A DNA stretch of 63,265 nt, counting the filler. It is 4 parts of 4 records of this genome, joined end to end, with 100 filler letters (N's around TTAATTAATTAA, not from the genome) between each part and the next. Parts side by side here need not be neighbours in the genome. Positions count along the whole stretch, not along the records: positions 34,799 to 43,087 come from SRR22947725_1395; positions 43,188 to 63,265 come from SRR22947725_1396; 2 more parts are not named here. One strand, 5' to 3'. A program made the translations under genes and the position numbers. This document shows, in pieces, positions 41,134-51,058 of the stretch (position 1 is its first letter; each line of letters begins with the position of its first letter). Below the pieces are notes generated by a model. The model was not told where the DNA came from. It worked only from the letters and a program-made list of their open reading frames with translations, and made no database searches.

Positions 41134-41627
41134 TTTAAACCTTGATGCTCCAATATAAAATCAGCAATTCCAATTGTATCATTTAAATCAATATATGGAA
41201 TACTGGCATTATCTATGGGAACATCAGATGCAATTAAACGTACAGAATTATCAGATTTATAAATGAAATTTTCATTATTTTCTGCTCTATGGCATTCCAA
41301 TTTAGAATGTTGTTCTTTTTTGAATCCCTCAACTAAAATCAGGTCTACTGGTTTCATCATTGTTATTAGTTCAGCAAAACTTGGCTCTGGCTCACCTCTT
41401 AATTCGTGCATTAATGCCCATCTATTATTGGATGACAGCATAACCTCTGATGCTCCAGCTTGACGGTGTCTAAAACTATCTCGGCCTTGATGATCAATAT
41501 CGAAAGAATGGTGCGCATGTTTTAAAGTAGATATTTTAAAACCTCGATTAGTCATTTCAGAAACCAAACGTTCCATTAATCCAGTTTTCCCAGAATCCTT
41601 CCATCCAATGACACCAAAAATATTCAT
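41130..41627 (-). CDS. mobB: Molybdopterin-guanine dinucleotide biosynthesis protein B
   Basis: GWKDSGKT, KHAHHSFD, DSFRHR.AGA, LVEGFK. Confidence 0.94.
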   Translation of the reverse strand: MNIFGVIGWKDSGKTGLMERLVSEMTNRGFKISTLKHAHHSFDIDHQGRDSFRHRQAGASEVMLSSNNRWALMHELRGEPEPSFAELITMMKPVDLILVEGFKKEQHSKLECHRAENNENFIYKSDNSVRLIASDVPIDNASIPYIDLNDTIGIADFILEHQGLK

Positions 41628-42232
41628 TTTATTTCTCTATTTATAATTAGTTCAGCACTCAGCATATCTGAAGGAGTATTAATGTTAAAAAATGGATCAT
41701 AAATTTTATTTTCCCATCCAACAGATTTCCATTTATTTCTTTTTACAAAAGCCATTACCTTTCGGACATCTCCTAAAAGAGCAGTCTTTAAATTTGAACG
41801 TAAATTTACATCCCAAAGACCAAAAGTAGGGTGTAAGTTTTTTTGATCAATTTCAGATATTGTTTTAGCAATAGTTATATCACAATTCTGATCAAATAGT
41901 TTATCTTTTAAATCTAAGGGGAAAAATGGAGTATCTGCAGCCGCAGTGACAATGTGTGTAAAATTATGGCCTAGCGCATAATCCATTCCAGATAAAATAC
42001 CTGCAAGCGGCCCTAAATATCCATCTAAAGGATCAGGTATTACAGGAAAGTTAAATTGTTCGTATTTATTGAGACCTCGATTAACGTTTATTACCAAACC
42101 ATCCACCTGATTCTCTAAACGGTCTATTGCATGCTTAATCAATGGAGAACCCGATAAATCAAGCAATGCTTTGTCTTGACCAGCCATTCGCGTCGATAAA
42201 CCACCTGCAAGTATAACGCCAAGTACCTTCAT
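41624..42232 (-). CDS. mobA: Molybdenum cofactor guanylyltransferase
   Basis: LAGGLSTRM..DK, GPLAGIL, ADTPFFP, FFNINTP. Confidence 0.93.
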   Translation of the reverse strand: MKVLGVILAGGLSTRMAGQDKALLDLSGSPLIKHAIDRLENQVDGLVINVNRGLNKYEQFNFPVIPDPLDGYLGPLAGILSGMDYALGHNFTHIVTAAADTPFFPLDLKDKLFDQNCDITIAKTISEIDQKNLHPTFGLWDVNLRSNLKTALLGDVRKVMAFVKRNKWKSVGWENKIYDPFFNINTPSDMLSAELIINREIK

Positions 42233-43065
42233 TCAAAATCATAGATCAGGCGATCTTTTCCAGCTAAACACATAAATCTTTTTCCTCGTAGACGCCCAAT
42301 TAATGTTAGGCCTACTTGATTTGCTATTTCCACACCCCACGCAGTAAACCCAGATCGTGAGACTAAAACAGGGATACCCATTAAAGCGCATTTAATTACC
42401 ATTTCAGATGTCAAACGCCCGGTTGTGTATAAAGCTTTATCTTTACCAGATTCATTATTTGAATAAATCCACCCTGCAATTTTATCAACAGCATTGTGGC
42501 GACCAACATCTTCCATATAAACGAGTGGTTTATTTTTACAGCAAAGTACAGTTCCATGTATCGCACCAGCTTTTAAATATAAACTTGGTGTCTGATTAAT
42601 AATATTAGATAATTCATAAAGCCATGATACTTTGAATTCCACATTTGGTAATTTAAGATTTTCCAAACCTTCCATCATATCTCCAAATACAGTCCCGACA
42701 GCGCATCCAGATGTACGCGTTTTCTTTTTTAATTTTTCTTCATAGATGGTTTTTCCATCAGTTCTAACAACAACAGTTTGTAGCTCATCATCATAATCAA
42801 TTCCCAGGATGTTTTCATTATCTGTCAACATTCCCTGGTTCTTCAGGAAACCTAGCGCCAAGTATTGAGGATAATCACCAATTGTCATAGCAGTTACAAT
42901 TTCTTGGCCATTTAAAAAAATTGTTAATGGCTGCTCTTCGACAACATTGATTTCACAAGCCTGACCATTCTGATCAAAACCATTTACTAACTGAGTTAGA
43001 CCCATGAGTTGATCATTTGGCTGTAAAATATAATCCTTGAAAGTATTTGACAATTGCAGCTCCAA
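42229..43065 (-). CDS. fdhD: Formate dehydrogenase accessory sulfurtransferase (start near contig edge, uncertain)
   Basis: TSGCAVG, GAIHG, EDVGRHNAVDK, TGRLTSEMV. Confidence 0.93.
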   Translation of the reverse strand: MELQLSNTFKDYILQPNDQLMGLTQLVNGFDQNGQACEINVVEEQPLTIFLNGQEIVTAMTIGDYPQYLALGFLKNQGMLTDNENILGIDYDDELQTVVVRTDGKTIYEEKLKKKTRTSGCAVGTVFGDMMEGLENLKLPNVEFKVSWLYELSNIINQTPSLYLKAGAIHGTVLCCKNKPLVYMEDVGRHNAVDKIAGWIYSNNESGKDKALYTTGRLTSEMVIKCALMGIPVLVSRSGFTAWGVEIANQVGLTLIGRLRGKRFMCLAGKDRLIYDFE

Positions 43066-43087
43066 TATTATTGAAATACATAAACTT

Positions 43088-43187
43088 NNNNNNNNNNNNN
43101 NNNNNNNNNNNNNNNNNNNNNNNNNNNNNNNTTAATTAATTAANNNNNNNNNNNNNNNNNNNNNNNNNNNNNNNNNNNNNNNNNNNN
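43088..43187. other. Artificial contig spacer
   Basis: 44 N + TTAATTAATTAA + 44 N. Confidence 0.98.
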
Positions 43188-43245
43188 ACATATAAGTTGC
43201 CCTAAAGTTGTGTTGTAGTAAATCGGGCAAAGGCCCGATTTTTTT
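43188..43245 (+). promoter_or_regulatory. Candidate attenuator in the leader of the aro operon
   Basis: Terminator aaatcgggc-aaag-gcccgattt plus U-run (43220-43245); alternative pairing ttgccc (43197-43202) with gggcaa (43225-43230); SD aggag follows. Confidence 0.6.
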
Positions 43246-43259
43246 ATTTAGGAGAAAAA

Positions 43260-44276
43260 ATGATAATCGTTATGAAACAAGCAGCTTCTGAAGAAGATGT
43301 AGAAAAGGTTAAAAGTAAAGCTATTGAGCAGGGGCACGAGCCTTTAACAATCTTCGGAGTTGAAAGAACAGTTGTTGCCGTAAGTGGCAAAGTAATCGAA
43401 GACAACAGAGCAATCATGAGGTTATTAGATAATGTTCAAGAAGTGATTCCTATCGGTAGACCTTACAAGCTTGCTAGTAGGAGCTACAAAGAAGAAAGTA
43501 CTCAAATTAAGATTAAAAATTTAGTAGTTGGTGGTACTGAACTAGCTCTTATTGCCGGTCCAGATAGTGCTGAAACAAGAGCTCAGACACTAGAAACAGC
43601 GGAAGCTGTTGTAGCAGCAGGTGGTAACGGACTGCGAGGAGGTGCTTTTAAGCCACGAACCTCTCCATATAGCTTCCAAGGACTTGGTGAAGATGGTTTA
43701 AAGATGCTTAAAGAAGCATCAGAAGTTAACAACCTTCCATTATTTAGTGAGATTATGGATTCTCAACATTTATCTATGATGGAAAACTATGTTGATGTTC
43801 TTCAGGTTGGCGCTAGAAATATGCAAAATTTCAAACTATTAGAAGCTGTAGGGGAGTCAAAATTACCTGTACTTCTCAAAAGAGGTATGAGTGCAACCTT
43901 AGAAGAGCTTCTTCTAGCTTCCGAGTATATTTTAACTGGGGGTAACGAAAATGTGATGTTGTGTGAAAGAGGAATCAGAACCTATGAAACTGCAACAAGA
44001 AATACTTTTGATGTAAACGCAATTCCATTTTTAAAGATGAACTCACATCTTCCTGTAATAGCTGATCCCAGCCACGCAACTGGGGATAGTAAATTAGTTG
44101 AGCCAGTTGCTTTAGCTGCTATTGCTGCAGGAGCGGATGGTCTTTTAATAGAGATTCACCCTAGACCAGATGAAGCTCTTTGCGATGGCCCTCAGGCGAT
44201 AGTACCAACACAATTGAATGAGCTAAGTAAAAAAGTTAGTGCTATTGCTAATGTGGTAGGAAGAACGCTCAATTAG
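43260..44276 (+). CDS. aroF: DAHP synthase, type I-beta with N-terminal regulatory domain
   Basis: RGGAFKPRTSPYSFQGLG, QVGARNMQNF, LCERGIR, ADPSHATG. Confidence 0.93.
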   Translation: MIIVMKQAASEEDVEKVKSKAIEQGHEPLTIFGVERTVVAVSGKVIEDNRAIMRLLDNVQEVIPIGRPYKLASRSYKEESTQIKIKNLVVGGTELALIAGPDSAETRAQTLETAEAVVAAGGNGLRGGAFKPRTSPYSFQGLGEDGLKMLKEASEVNNLPLFSEIMDSQHLSMMENYVDVLQVGARNMQNFKLLEAVGESKLPVLLKRGMSATLEELLLASEYILTGGNENVMLCERGIRTYETATRNTFDVNAIPFLKMNSHLPVIADPSHATGDSKLVEPVALAAIAAGADGLLIEIHPRPDEALCDGPQAIVPTQLNELSKKVSAIANVVGRTLN

Positions 44277-44278
44277 AT

Positions 44279-45109
44279 ATGAAGTCAGTCAGAGTTATTG
44301 GATTAGGCCTAATGGGTACAAACTTAGGCCTTAAGTTATTAACTCAAGGTATAAAAGTATATGGTAATGATACAGATGAAGAATCTGTTAATAGAGCTTC
44401 CAGCTTGGGCTTTGATATAAATGGTTCCGAGGAGACTGTAGATTTAACAGTTCTTGCTATGCCAATAAATAGCATAGTATCATCTCTTAGCTCAAAAGAG
44501 TTAATAGTAAATACAAAAGCTATCGTTGATATAGGAGGAACAAAAGAAAAAATTTGTAATTTGATGGATAGTTATCAAATCCCATCAATTGGAGGCCATC
44601 CTATGTGCGGGGTTTCTGACAACAGTACTTGGAAGCCAAATCCTGATATATATAATGGTGCAACATTTTTACTATGTGAAACAAAATCAACCGATGCTGA
44701 TTCAAAAGAAATAGTAAAGAAAATGATAGAGTTATTAAGCTCTAAAGAAGTATGGATTGACAGGGTTCAGCACGATGAGATAATTTCAATTACTAGTCAC
44801 CTTCCTCACCTAATAAGCACAGCTCTAGTGGGAGTAGCAAAAGACAACTACGACATAGGCGAGATTATGGGAATGGCAGCTGGTGGCTTTGATGGTGCAA
44901 CTAGGTTAACACGGACTAATCCTGAGATGATTAGAGACATGTACGACACTAACTCTGAAAATATTAATACATTTCTCAAGCACTTTTTGGAAGAGCTAAT
45001 GGAATTAATAGATCTCCAGCAAAGAGATGAACTTTTAAACTATTTAAATAATTCAGTCGAATGGCGTAGGGCACTATCAGACAAATTCGGAGAAAGGCCA
45101 TTAAGTTGA
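44279..45109 (+). CDS. tyrA: Prephenate/arogenate dehydrogenase
   Basis: GLGLMG, DIGGTK, GGHPMCG, HD...ITSHLPH, TRL. Confidence 0.9.
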   Translation: MKSVRVIGLGLMGTNLGLKLLTQGIKVYGNDTDEESVNRASSLGFDINGSEETVDLTVLAMPINSIVSSLSSKELIVNTKAIVDIGGTKEKICNLMDSYQIPSIGGHPMCGVSDNSTWKPNPDIYNGATFLLCETKSTDADSKEIVKKMIELLSSKEVWIDRVQHDEIISITSHLPHLISTALVGVAKDNYDIGEIMGMAAGGFDGATRLTRTNPEMIRDMYDTNSENINTFLKHFLEELMELIDLQQRDELLNYLNNSVEWRRALSDKFGERPLS

Positions 45110-46380
45110 TAAATAATAAACTCTCCGGAGAAGTGACAATTATTGGTGATAAATCTATATCTCACAGAGCTATAATTTTTTGTTCATTAGCAGATGGAAT
45201 CTCAAGAATTTCAAACATACTTATTTCAGGTGACACAACTGCCACTATCGATATATTCCGTTGTCTAGGTGTAAATATTGATATTGTTGAAGGAAATTCT
45301 TTAATAATTCATGGGGTTGGACTGCAGGGTTTATCCAAACCAGATTCTAAATTAAATGCCAAAAGTTCAGGAACTACAGCAAGGCTGTTGACAGGCTTAC
45401 TATCAAGACAAAACTTTACATCAGAGTTAGTAGGAAGTAGTCAACTCACGAAAAGACCTATGGGTAGAGTGGTTGATTTACTAAATGAGAATGGCTCTAA
45501 TATATCTTCTAAGAATGGGTATTTACCAATAAATTTTAAAAAAGGTTTTAGCACTTTCCACTCAATCAACACAAAAGTTCCAAGCGCTCAAGTAAAAAGT
45601 GCGTTGTTAATTGCTTCACTATATCATCAAGAACCCACCGTTATTACAGAAGACATCCCAACAAGAGATCACTCTGAGAGAATGTTGGCCTATATGGGTA
45701 TAGGTATTGTAAGAATGGGTACATCCGTTACTGTCCCCCCCAATCAAAAAATTAAACCAGTCGAACTTGATATTCCATCTGACACATCGTCTGCTGCTTT
45801 TCTTATTGCGCTGGGTATTTTATCCTCTGAAAAAATAGTTTTAAGAAAAGTACTTATAAATGAGAGAAGAATAGGTTTTTTAAAAGTTTTAAAAAGAATG
45901 AACGCAAATATTGAAATAAACAACATAACTGAAATTGGTAATGAAATGGTTGGAGACATAAAGGTTTCAAAGTCAAACCTGGTTGCAACGCAAATAGAGC
46001 CTAGTGAAATTCCAGACCTTATTGATGAGATTCCGATTCTAACATTTATAGCTTCTCAAGCAGATGGCTTAACTACATTAAGAGGAGCAGAGGAGTTGAG
46101 AATAAAAGAATCAGATAGATTAGAAACAATGAAAGACTTCATAGAAGCTTTAAATGGAAAAATAAAAATGTATTCAGATGGATTCGACATTCTAGGAAAA
46201 CAAAACCTAGAAGCTGGAAGTATAAAAACAGAAGATGATCACAGGGTTTCTATGACAGCTCTCATAGCTAATATTTCACTTAATAAAAAAATTACCCCTG
46301 ACAATATTAAGTGTATTGATGATTCATATCCATCATTTTTTCAAGACCTTGCTCTTCTTGGAGGGGAGATTAATGAATAA
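45106..46380 (+). CDS. aroA: EPSP synthase
   Basis: DKSISHRA, SAQVKSA, RDHSERML, IDEIP, ELRIKESDR, DHR. Confidence 0.95.
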   Translation: MINNKLSGEVTIIGDKSISHRAIIFCSLADGISRISNILISGDTTATIDIFRCLGVNIDIVEGNSLIIHGVGLQGLSKPDSKLNAKSSGTTARLLTGLLSRQNFTSELVGSSQLTKRPMGRVVDLLNENGSNISSKNGYLPINFKKGFSTFHSINTKVPSAQVKSALLIASLYHQEPTVITEDIPTRDHSERMLAYMGIGIVRMGTSVTVPPNQKIKPVELDIPSDTSSAAFLIALGILSSEKIVLRKVLINERRIGFLKVLKRMNANIEINNITEIGNEMVGDIKVSKSNLVATQIEPSEIPDLIDEIPILTFIASQADGLTTLRGAEELRIKESDRLETMKDFIEALNGKIKMYSDGFDILGKQNLEAGSIKTEDDHRVSMTALIANISLNKKITPDNIKCIDDSYPSFFQDLALLGGEINE

Positions 46381-47161
46381 ATTAGGAATACTAGGATGGC
46401 CGTTAACTACAACCTATTCACCTCTGATACATAATAAATTATTTGAACTCTCTGGGTTGGAGGGAAGTTATCAAATAATTAAACAAGAAGAAATAAACTC
46501 TCAAATAATATCGGAAATAAATAATGACTTATTAGGCTACAACATCACAATCCCCCATAAAGAAAAAATTATATATCTTCAAAAGTCAGCGATACTAAGT
46601 GCAAGTGTCAAAGATATTGGGGCTTGTAATACGGTATTGAATAGAAACTCAAAAATATATTTATTCAACACTGATTTTTCAGGATTTAAAACATTTTTAA
46701 ACTTGATTCAATATGATTTTTGTAAAAAGTCTGTTTTGATACTTGGATCTGGAGGAAGCGCTAAAGCAATTGCTTACACATTAAAATTACAAAACATAAA
46801 TTATTTCATAGCGAGTAGGCATTCAAATGAAAATACTATTTCATATAATGAAATAGTTAAAATTGGCTCGGACATTGATTTAGTAATTAATACTACACCT
46901 GTAGGCATGCCTCCATTTAATCATGGAGAACTACCAATAAAGTGGAACAATTTACCTAATATAAAAACAGTAATCAATCTTGGGTATGGGTCTAAAAATA
47001 CCTTTCTAAATCAATTTGATGACTCCATTGCTAAATATGATGGATTGGGCATGCTTGTGTGCCAAGCTATAGAGTCATTTAATATATGGACCTCTGCAGG
47101 CTTAAATACAAGTAGAATTTATGGTGAAGTGATAAAGGAATTGGAAAATATAGATGATTAG
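46373..47161 (+). CDS. aroE: Shikimate dehydrogenase
   Basis: SPLIHN, NITIPHKE, NTD..G, LGSGGSA, NTTPVGM, GLGML..QA; start ATG 46373. Confidence 0.92.
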   Translation: MNKLGILGWPLTTTYSPLIHNKLFELSGLEGSYQIIKQEEINSQIISEINNDLLGYNITIPHKEKIIYLQKSAILSASVKDIGACNTVLNRNSKIYLFNTDFSGFKTFLNLIQYDFCKKSVLILGSGGSAKAIAYTLKLQNINYFIASRHSNENTISYNEIVKIGSDIDLVINTTPVGMPPFNHGELPIKWNNLPNIKTVINLGYGSKNTFLNQFDDSIAKYDGLGMLVCQAIESFNIWTSAGLNTSRIYGEVIKELENIDD

Positions 47162-48323
47162 ATATTTAACAGCGGGTGAAAGCCACGGTCCAGAGTTGAC
47201 AGGTATTTTAGAGGGTATACCAGCAGGGTTCAATGTTTCAAAAAAATATATAGATGACTTTTTACAGAGGAGACAAAAAGGACTTGGCTCTGGTGGCAGA
47301 ATGAATATTGAGCAAGATGAAGTTTTGATAACTTCGGGTATAGTCAACGGAGTGACTACTGGAGCACCAATTGCCATAAGAATCTTAAATAAAGACTGGA
47401 AAAATTGGAAAGATAAAGAAATTGAGCCATACATCGTTCCTAGGCCTGGACATGCTGATTTAGTAGGAACAGCAAAATACGATCATGAAGATATAAGATT
47501 TGTTCTAGAAAGAGCCAGTGCTAGAGAAACTGCAATGCGAGCAGCCATAGGGGCAATAACAGCAGAAATTCTTGAGTCACTTGGAATCAATATCGTAGGA
47601 TATGTTACTGCAATTGGAGATATTTCTTATCAAGGAGATCCAAAAGTGAAAATTGACAAACTAAAAGTTATGCATTCTGAAGTTGGCTGTCCTGATCCTG
47701 TAACAAGCAAAATGATGGAGGATAAGATTCTTTTAGCTAGAAAAAATAAAGATACTTTAGGTGGTGCTATAACTTGTATAGCTTCAGGGGTTCCAGCAAC
47801 TTTAGGAAGTTTTGTACATTGGGACAAAAAACTAGATGCAATATTAGCAAAGCAATTTATGTCTGTTCAAAGCGTAAAAGCAGTTGAAATTGGTAAGGGT
47901 GTTGAAGTGTCAAAAAAATATGGTACGGAAGTACAAGACCAGTACTCAATTGATGAAAAAAAAATAAATAAGATTTCAAATAACCTAGGAGGTTTTGAAG
48001 GGGGAATGTCTAACGGTGAAGATATTTACATTACTGCATACCTAAAACCAATTAGTACTACACTAACTCCCATAAATAGTATTGATTTGGTAACAAAAAC
48101 TGAAACTGAAACAGTTTATGAACGCTCAGATACCTGCGCAGTACCACGAGCAATACCAATTTTTGAAGCAGTTATGGCTTTTGAAGTTCTTAATAATTTA
48201 CTACTCAAAACAGGTGGTGACAACAAGAAAGAGGTTTTAAAAAACTACAATAACATTCCAAGTCTTGAAGTTGATGATTTCAACATGAAAAATGAAGTAT
48301 GGAATATGAATTATGAAAACTAA
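47154..48323 (+). CDS. aroC: Chorismate synthase
   Basis: TAGESHG, PRPGHADL, ERASARETA, GGFEGGMSNG, ERSD. Confidence 0.96.
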   Translation: MIRYLTAGESHGPELTGILEGIPAGFNVSKKYIDDFLQRRQKGLGSGGRMNIEQDEVLITSGIVNGVTTGAPIAIRILNKDWKNWKDKEIEPYIVPRPGHADLVGTAKYDHEDIRFVLERASARETAMRAAIGAITAEILESLGINIVGYVTAIGDISYQGDPKVKIDKLKVMHSEVGCPDPVTSKMMEDKILLARKNKDTLGGAITCIASGVPATLGSFVHWDKKLDAILAKQFMSVQSVKAVEIGKGVEVSKKYGTEVQDQYSIDEKKINKISNNLGGFEGGMSNGEDIYITAYLKPISTTLTPINSIDLVTKTETETVYERSDTCAVPRAIPIFEAVMAFEVLNNLLLKTGGDNKKEVLKNYNNIPSLEVDDFNMKNEVWNMNYEN

Positions 48324-48819
48324 CAAGACGGCTTACGTTGTTGGTTTCATGGGTTCTGGAAAGTCGTCTATTTTGAAAGTTATAAACCAATCGACAAATA
48401 TTAACACTGTTGATTTAGATGAACTAGTTGTAAAAGATAACGGAGAAAGCATTCTAAAAATATTTAGAAACCACGGTGAAGAATATTTTAGAAAAAAAGA
48501 AGAAGAGTCTTTTTATAAAATTAAGAATATGCCAGAAACAATAATATTTCTGGGCGGGGGCTCGCTAGTTACAGATTCAATCAGAACCACTATCCAACAA
48601 TCTGAAAATTCTTTTTACTTACAAAATTCATTTGATAATTTGTGGGAAAACATTAAAAACAGTGACAGACCATTAGTAACTACAGGAAAAAAAAATGTAA
48701 TGAAAATTTATAATGAAAGACTAGATAGTTACGAACAATGTAAAAATACTATAGATATGTCAAATAGTAGTTTAAAAGAAGCATCTAAGTTAATAGTGAG
48801 TCAGCTAGGGTGGATTTAA
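48313..48819 (+). CDS. aroK: Shikimate kinase
   Basis: GFMGSGKS, DLD, GEEYFR, LGGG, RPL. Confidence 0.92.
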   Translation: MKTNKTAYVVGFMGSGKSSILKVINQSTNINTVDLDELVVKDNGESILKIFRNHGEEYFRKKEEESFYKIKNMPETIIFLGGGSLVTDSIRTTIQQSENSFYLQNSFDNLWENIKNSDRPLVTTGKKNVMKIYNERLDSYEQCKNTIDMSNSSLKEASKLIVSQLGWI

Positions 48820-49829
48820 AATTGAATAATTCAAAAGTAGTGTATTTTGAAAACTTAAATGAATTAATAACATACTGTGGGGAAAAGACTAGCAATAACT
48901 CACACCATACGTTTATTGACAAGAATGTTTTATTAAAATTTCCGGTTTTTAAAGAAGCCGGTATGAATATGAGTCCTCTAGATATCAGCGAAGATGAGAA
49001 AAATTTAGCAACAGTTTCTAGTTTGTGGAATATTATGTTTGAAAAATCTCTCCAAAGAAGTTCTATCGTATTTTCCATCGGAGGAGGGGTGATTTCAGAT
49101 GAAGTTGGCTTTGCTGCCAGCACTTATAAAAGGGGGACCAAGCTAATAAACATTCCGACAACTCTTTTGTCAATGGTTGATGCTGCACATGGAGGTAAGA
49201 ATGGAATTAATAATGAATACGGAAAGAATCAAATAGGAACATTTATGATGCCAAACGAAGTATTAATTTGCAGTGAATTTTTGAATGAGCTGCCCGAAAA
49301 AGAAATAAAAACAGGTTTAATTGAGTTAATAAAAGCTGGCTTTTTGAAAAATCCTCAACTGGTTGAAAAAGTTTATGACGTAAACCTAAATCAAATTGAT
49401 ACAAGTCTTATAAGCACAGCAGTAGAAATTAAAAATGAAATTGTTAGCAAAGACTTCGCAGAGTCATCAGAGAGAATGTTATTAAATTTTGGACATACGA
49501 TTGGACACCTAATTGAGGTTGACTCTAATTATAATATTTCACATGGTGAAGCAGTTGCTATAGGAATGTTAAAGTCTATGAAAATCTCTGAAAATATTTT
49601 TGGACTAGATTCAAACGTAGCTGAAAAATTTGGATTTTTCTTAGAAAAATTAGAACTACATAAAGACTACAAATTTAATAGTGACACTGACCTCCTTAAA
49701 GAACTTTTAATAAATGATAAAAAAACGAATAATACTGAAATAAAGTATGTTCTTTTAAAAGATATTGGAGAGCCAATTTTGATTGATTATGACTTGATGG
49801 AATTACTAAATGAGATTACTAATGATTAA
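48810..49829 (+). CDS. aroB: 3-dehydroquinate synthase
   Basis: GGGVISD, PTTLLSMVDA..GGKNG, KNQIGTF, LNFGHT.GH, HGEAVAIG. Confidence 0.93.
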   Translation: MDLKLNNSKVVYFENLNELITYCGEKTSNNSHHTFIDKNVLLKFPVFKEAGMNMSPLDISEDEKNLATVSSLWNIMFEKSLQRSSIVFSIGGGVISDEVGFAASTYKRGTKLINIPTTLLSMVDAAHGGKNGINNEYGKNQIGTFMMPNEVLICSEFLNELPEKEIKTGLIELIKAGFLKNPQLVEKVYDVNLNQIDTSLISTAVEIKNEIVSKDFAESSERMLLNFGHTIGHLIEVDSNYNISHGEAVAIGMLKSMKISENIFGLDSNVAEKFGFFLEKLELHKDYKFNSDTDLLKELLINDKKTNNTEIKYVLLKDIGEPILIDYDLMELLNEITND

Positions 49830-50253
49830 AATCTTGATAATTAATGGTCCAAATCTTAATATGCTCGGATTAAGAGAGATAAACCAATATGGAAAAATAT
49901 CTTATGACGATTTATGCAACCTAATCAAAACACATTCAAAAAATAAAGTTCAAATCGAATTTTATCAATCAAATATTGAAGGAGAGATTGTGTCTAGAGT
50001 TCAAGAAATCATTGATCAAGATATAGATGCTTTAATTGTAAATCCTGGAGCCTACACTCATACAAGTATTGCAATTAGAGATGCATTAGCGATCTTGAAT
50101 ATTCCAAAAATAGAAGTACATTTATCAGACATTAACAGCCGGGAAAATTTCAGAAAGATAAATTTAATTACAGATTTATGTGAATTGAGTATTATCGGGA
50201 AAGGTGCCAACGGCTATATTGAGGCAATAGAGTATTTGTATGAAAAAAATTAA
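49822..50253 (+). CDS. aroQ: Type II 3-dehydroquinate dehydratase
   Basis: INGPNLNMLG.RE...YG, QSN.EG, NPGAYTHTSIAIRDA, EVHLS. Confidence 0.94.
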   Translation: MIKILIINGPNLNMLGLREINQYGKISYDDLCNLIKTHSKNKVQIEFYQSNIEGEIVSRVQEIIDQDIDALIVNPGAYTHTSIAIRDALAILNIPKIEVHLSDINSRENFRKINLITDLCELSIIGKGANGYIEAIEYLYEKN

Positions 50254-51058
50254 AAATATTTACTATCAGGGTTCCGAAGGATCTTATTCAGAATCTGTAT
50301 TAAGAAGCTATTTCCCACAGAATAGCTATATTCCTTGTCAAACATTTAAAGAAGTTGTTACACAGGCAGGGGATGAAAATTATGGCTTACTCCCAGTTGA
50401 AAACTCACTTGTAGGAACCGTAGTTGATTCATATGAGAACTTGATAGAAAGTGAATTATCAGTTTATGGAGAATTTAAGAAAAAGATAACTCATGCTCTC
50501 ATCGGGTTAAAAGACTCAAAAATAGAAATAATTGATAAGGTCATTTCGCACCCTCAAGCTCTTCAGCAGTGCAGTAACTATCTTCAGACCATAAATGTAG
50601 AGTTACAGCCTGTATTCGATACTGCCGGGAGTGTATTAAGTTTACTTGATGAAAACTCTAATACTACTGCTGGTATTGCTGGTGAGCACTTTGAAGATGA
50701 TGAAAGATTTAATATTTTGAAAAAAAATATTTCAAATCATGTAGAAAACTACACTCGTTTTTTTCTTATTGGAAACAATGATCCTTTTCTAGATGTAGTT
50801 AAAGAAAAAAGATCAGCAGTATTAATAGCTGACGATAAGCCTGGGTCTTTGTTAGCCTCATTAAAAATATTTGAAGAGACGAATGTTAATCTCACAAAAC
50901 TTGAATCGAGACCAATAATTGGCAGTCCATGGGAATATAAATTCTATGTTGACTATCAAAATTCAGTTGATGACATCGACATTAAGTTACAAAATAAACT
51001 GAAGGATGTTACAAAAAAATTTAAGATAATAGGAAAATACGGTACAGTTAATCTTTAA
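50240..51058 (+). CDS. pheA: Prephenate dehydratase with ACT domain (no chorismate mutase domain)
   Basis: PVENS..G, SHPQALQQC, NYTRF, NLTKLESRP. Confidence 0.93.
   Translation: MKKIKNIYYQGSEGSYSESVLRSYFPQNSYIPCQTFKEVVTQAGDENYGLLPVENSLVGTVVDSYENLIESELSVYGEFKKKITHALIGLKDSKIEIIDKVISHPQALQQCSNYLQTINVELQPVFDTAGSVLSLLDENSNTTAGIAGEHFEDDERFNILKKNISNHVENYTRFFLIGNNDPFLDVVKEKRSAVLIADDKPGSLLASLKIFEETNVNLTKLESRPIIGSPWEYKFYVDYQNSVDDIDIKLQNKLKDVTKKFKIIGKYGTVNL

Noticed and set aside
39886-43065. fdhD-mobA-mobB-moeA as a novel cluster
   Set aside because: Ordinary molybdenum cofactor maturation arrangement next to greA in Rhodobacteraceae.
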